DNA of 44,881 nucleotides from Kiritimatiellia bacterium (GTDB lineage Bacteria; Verrucomicrobiota; Kiritimatiellia; RFP12; UBA1067): NCBI GenBank assembly GCA_017613085.1, contig JAGAEL010000154.1, positions 1 to 44,881 of the forward strand, read 5' to 3'. Shown piece by piece: positions 43,816 to 44,881 of this stretch (position 1 is its first letter; each line of letters starts with the position of its first letter). The notes under the pieces were generated by a model. It saw only the letters and a program-made list of their open reading frames with translations, ran no database searches and was not told where the DNA came from. The position numbers and the translations under genes were made by a program.

Positions 43816-44752
43816 CGGCTGGTTCACCCCGCGTTACCTTGCGAAACTCTCCGGCGGGGAAAACAGCTCCGCAGACGCCATCGGGCGGGAGTGGCTGCTT
43901 GCCGACGGAAAGCGGCTGCGCCCGTTTTTGACGGCCTCGGTTTACGCCGTCCTTCGCGGGGAAGCGGACTTGGAGCGGATCGCCCCTGTTGCCGTCGCGG
44001 TCGAATGTTTCCACAAGGCATCGCTGATACACGACGACATCGAAGACGGCGACACGGAACGGTACGGGCGTCCCGCCGTCCACGTCCGCTACGGGGTCGC
44101 CCAGGCGATCAACGCGGGTGACTGGCTGATCGGCGAAGGGTACAGGCTTCTCGCCTCGGCCCCGTTCGAGGCCGCCGTCCGGGCGGAAACGCTGGCGGTC
44201 GCGGCAGAAGGGCACCGGGAGTTGGCCCGAGGGCAGGGGGATGAACTCGCCTATTGTGAAAAACCGAGAATCGTCACCGTGGACGATGTGTTGCGGATCT
44301 ACCGGCAGAAAACCGCTTCCGCGTTTGAAGTCGCCGTCCAATGCGGGGCGATCGCGGGCGGACTGCCGACCGAAGACCGGGCGCGGCTGTCGGTGTTCTC
44401 GCGCGCCTTCGGCATCGCCTACCAGATACGGGACGACCAGGAGGATTTTACCTCGCAGGGGCAGCGGGGGGCAGACCTTCTCTCGCTCAGGCCCACGCTA
44501 CATTTCGCGGAAGCGTGCAGCCGGGGGCTGGCCGAAACGAAAAAGGTGCTGGAAGAAGCGGGCGGACGCGAAACACGGATACGATTGATGGAAGCCATCG
44601 CCCGTTCCGAGATTCCCGAATGTATTGAAACGCGATTCCGCGCCGCGATGGAAGAAGCCAGAAAAGCCGCAGAAGAAGTACAAGCACTCCCTCTCCGCGC
44701 CTTTTTGCTCCATCTTCTTGACGAAAAAAAACGTGCCTCCGCCCGACCCTGA
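43787..44752 (+). CDS. Polyprenyl diphosphate synthase family protein
   Basis: First Asp-rich motif LIHDDIEDGD and second QIRDDQED, with KRLRP upstream. The start is trimmed to the ATG at 43787 (MNVTLHDL), which overlaps nth by 29 nt. The longer track ORF lies out of frame inside nth. Confidence 0.85.
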   Translation: MNVTLHDLVNGWFTPRYLAKLSGGENSSADAIGREWLLADGKRLRPFLTASVYAVLRGEADLERIAPVAVAVECFHKASLIHDDIEDGDTERYGRPAVHVRYGVAQAINAGDWLIGEGYRLLASAPFEAAVRAETLAVAAEGHRELARGQGDELAYCEKPRIVTVDDVLRIYRQKTASAFEVAVQCGAIAGGLPTEDRARLSVFSRAFGIAYQIRDDQEDFTSQGQRGADLLSLRPTLHFAEACSRGLAETKKVLEEAGGRETRIRLMEAIARSEIPECIETRFRAAMEEARKAAEEVQALPLRAFLLHLLDEKKRASARP

Positions 44753-44811
44753 AAGGGCGGCAGGGATACTCCCTACCGTTGTCTACGAACGGAAACACGA
44801 AAAAATAATAA

Positions 44812-44840
44812 TCGACGGCTTTCGACGGCTTTCGACGGCA
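44812..44840. repeat. Tandem decamer TCGACGGCTT x3
   Basis: atcgacggct ttcgacggct ttcgacggca read directly at 44811-44840. Confidence 0.85.
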
Positions 44841-44881
44841 AAAAAAGGGGGGCCGCCGCGCCGGCACGGCGCGGCGGCCCC
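44840..44881 (-). terminator. Intrinsic terminator for a minus-strand gene lying beyond the right edge. It could be bidirectional.
   Basis: 14-bp GC stem (GGGGCCGCCGCGCC 44849-44862, GGCGCGGCGGCCCC 44868-44881) with loop GGCAC. It is preceded on the plus strand by A7, which is a T7 run after the hairpin on the minus strand. The window ends at the stem, so plus-strand downstream sequence is unseen. Confidence 0.6.

Overview
This is a 44.9-kb GC-rich bacterial chromosomal segment. Hand counts of two sampled 60-nt lines outside the first 5.8 kb gave 62% and 67% GC. The gene content includes a TAT-signal Gfo/Idh/MocA oxidoreductase with DUF1080, BatA/DUF58, tandem DUF2723 genes and a type-2 IleRS. 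That mix suggests a PVC-group organism (Verrucomicrobiota, Kiritimatiellota or Planctomycetota-like), but this is inference only. I call 24 CDS and one tRNA-Asp(GUC), plus three intrinsic terminators, four sigma70-like promoters and several short-repeat tracts. Recognisable housekeeping genes are uppP, gltX, ileS, purL and nth. The stand-out region is the leftmost ~5.8 kb, which is much lower in GC (43-57% in three sampled lines). It carries one minus-strand operon. The first gene encodes an 871-aa SrfC-like P-loop GTPase. After a 29-nt gap comes an actin/Hsp70-fold ATPase of at least 926 aa (SrfB-like, tentative). That second gene is missing from the supplied ORF track because it runs off the left edge, and I found it by hand translation. 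This laterally acquired pair of NTPases has no known mechanism and is my best candidate for an uncharacterised system. Secondary items are listed here. (1) An FGE/C-type-lectin-fold protein has a C-terminus that looks like a diversity-generating-retroelement variable repeat and contains a (TAC)7 microsatellite; it sits beside a 516-nt repeat-rich non-coding tract. (2) A four-helix-bundle (23S-IVS/Avd-family) gene is flanked by short tandem repeats. (3) Two complete secreted phosphatases are fused through a ~95-nt polypyrimidine tract. (4) Three translationally coupled GT-C-like membrane proteins are wedged between gltX and ileS. (5) A DUF58-BatA/VWA-ABC ATPase-P-type ATPase operon lacks both MoxR and an ABC permease. 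No CRISPR array, rRNA, transposase, integrase or reverse transcriptase is visible.
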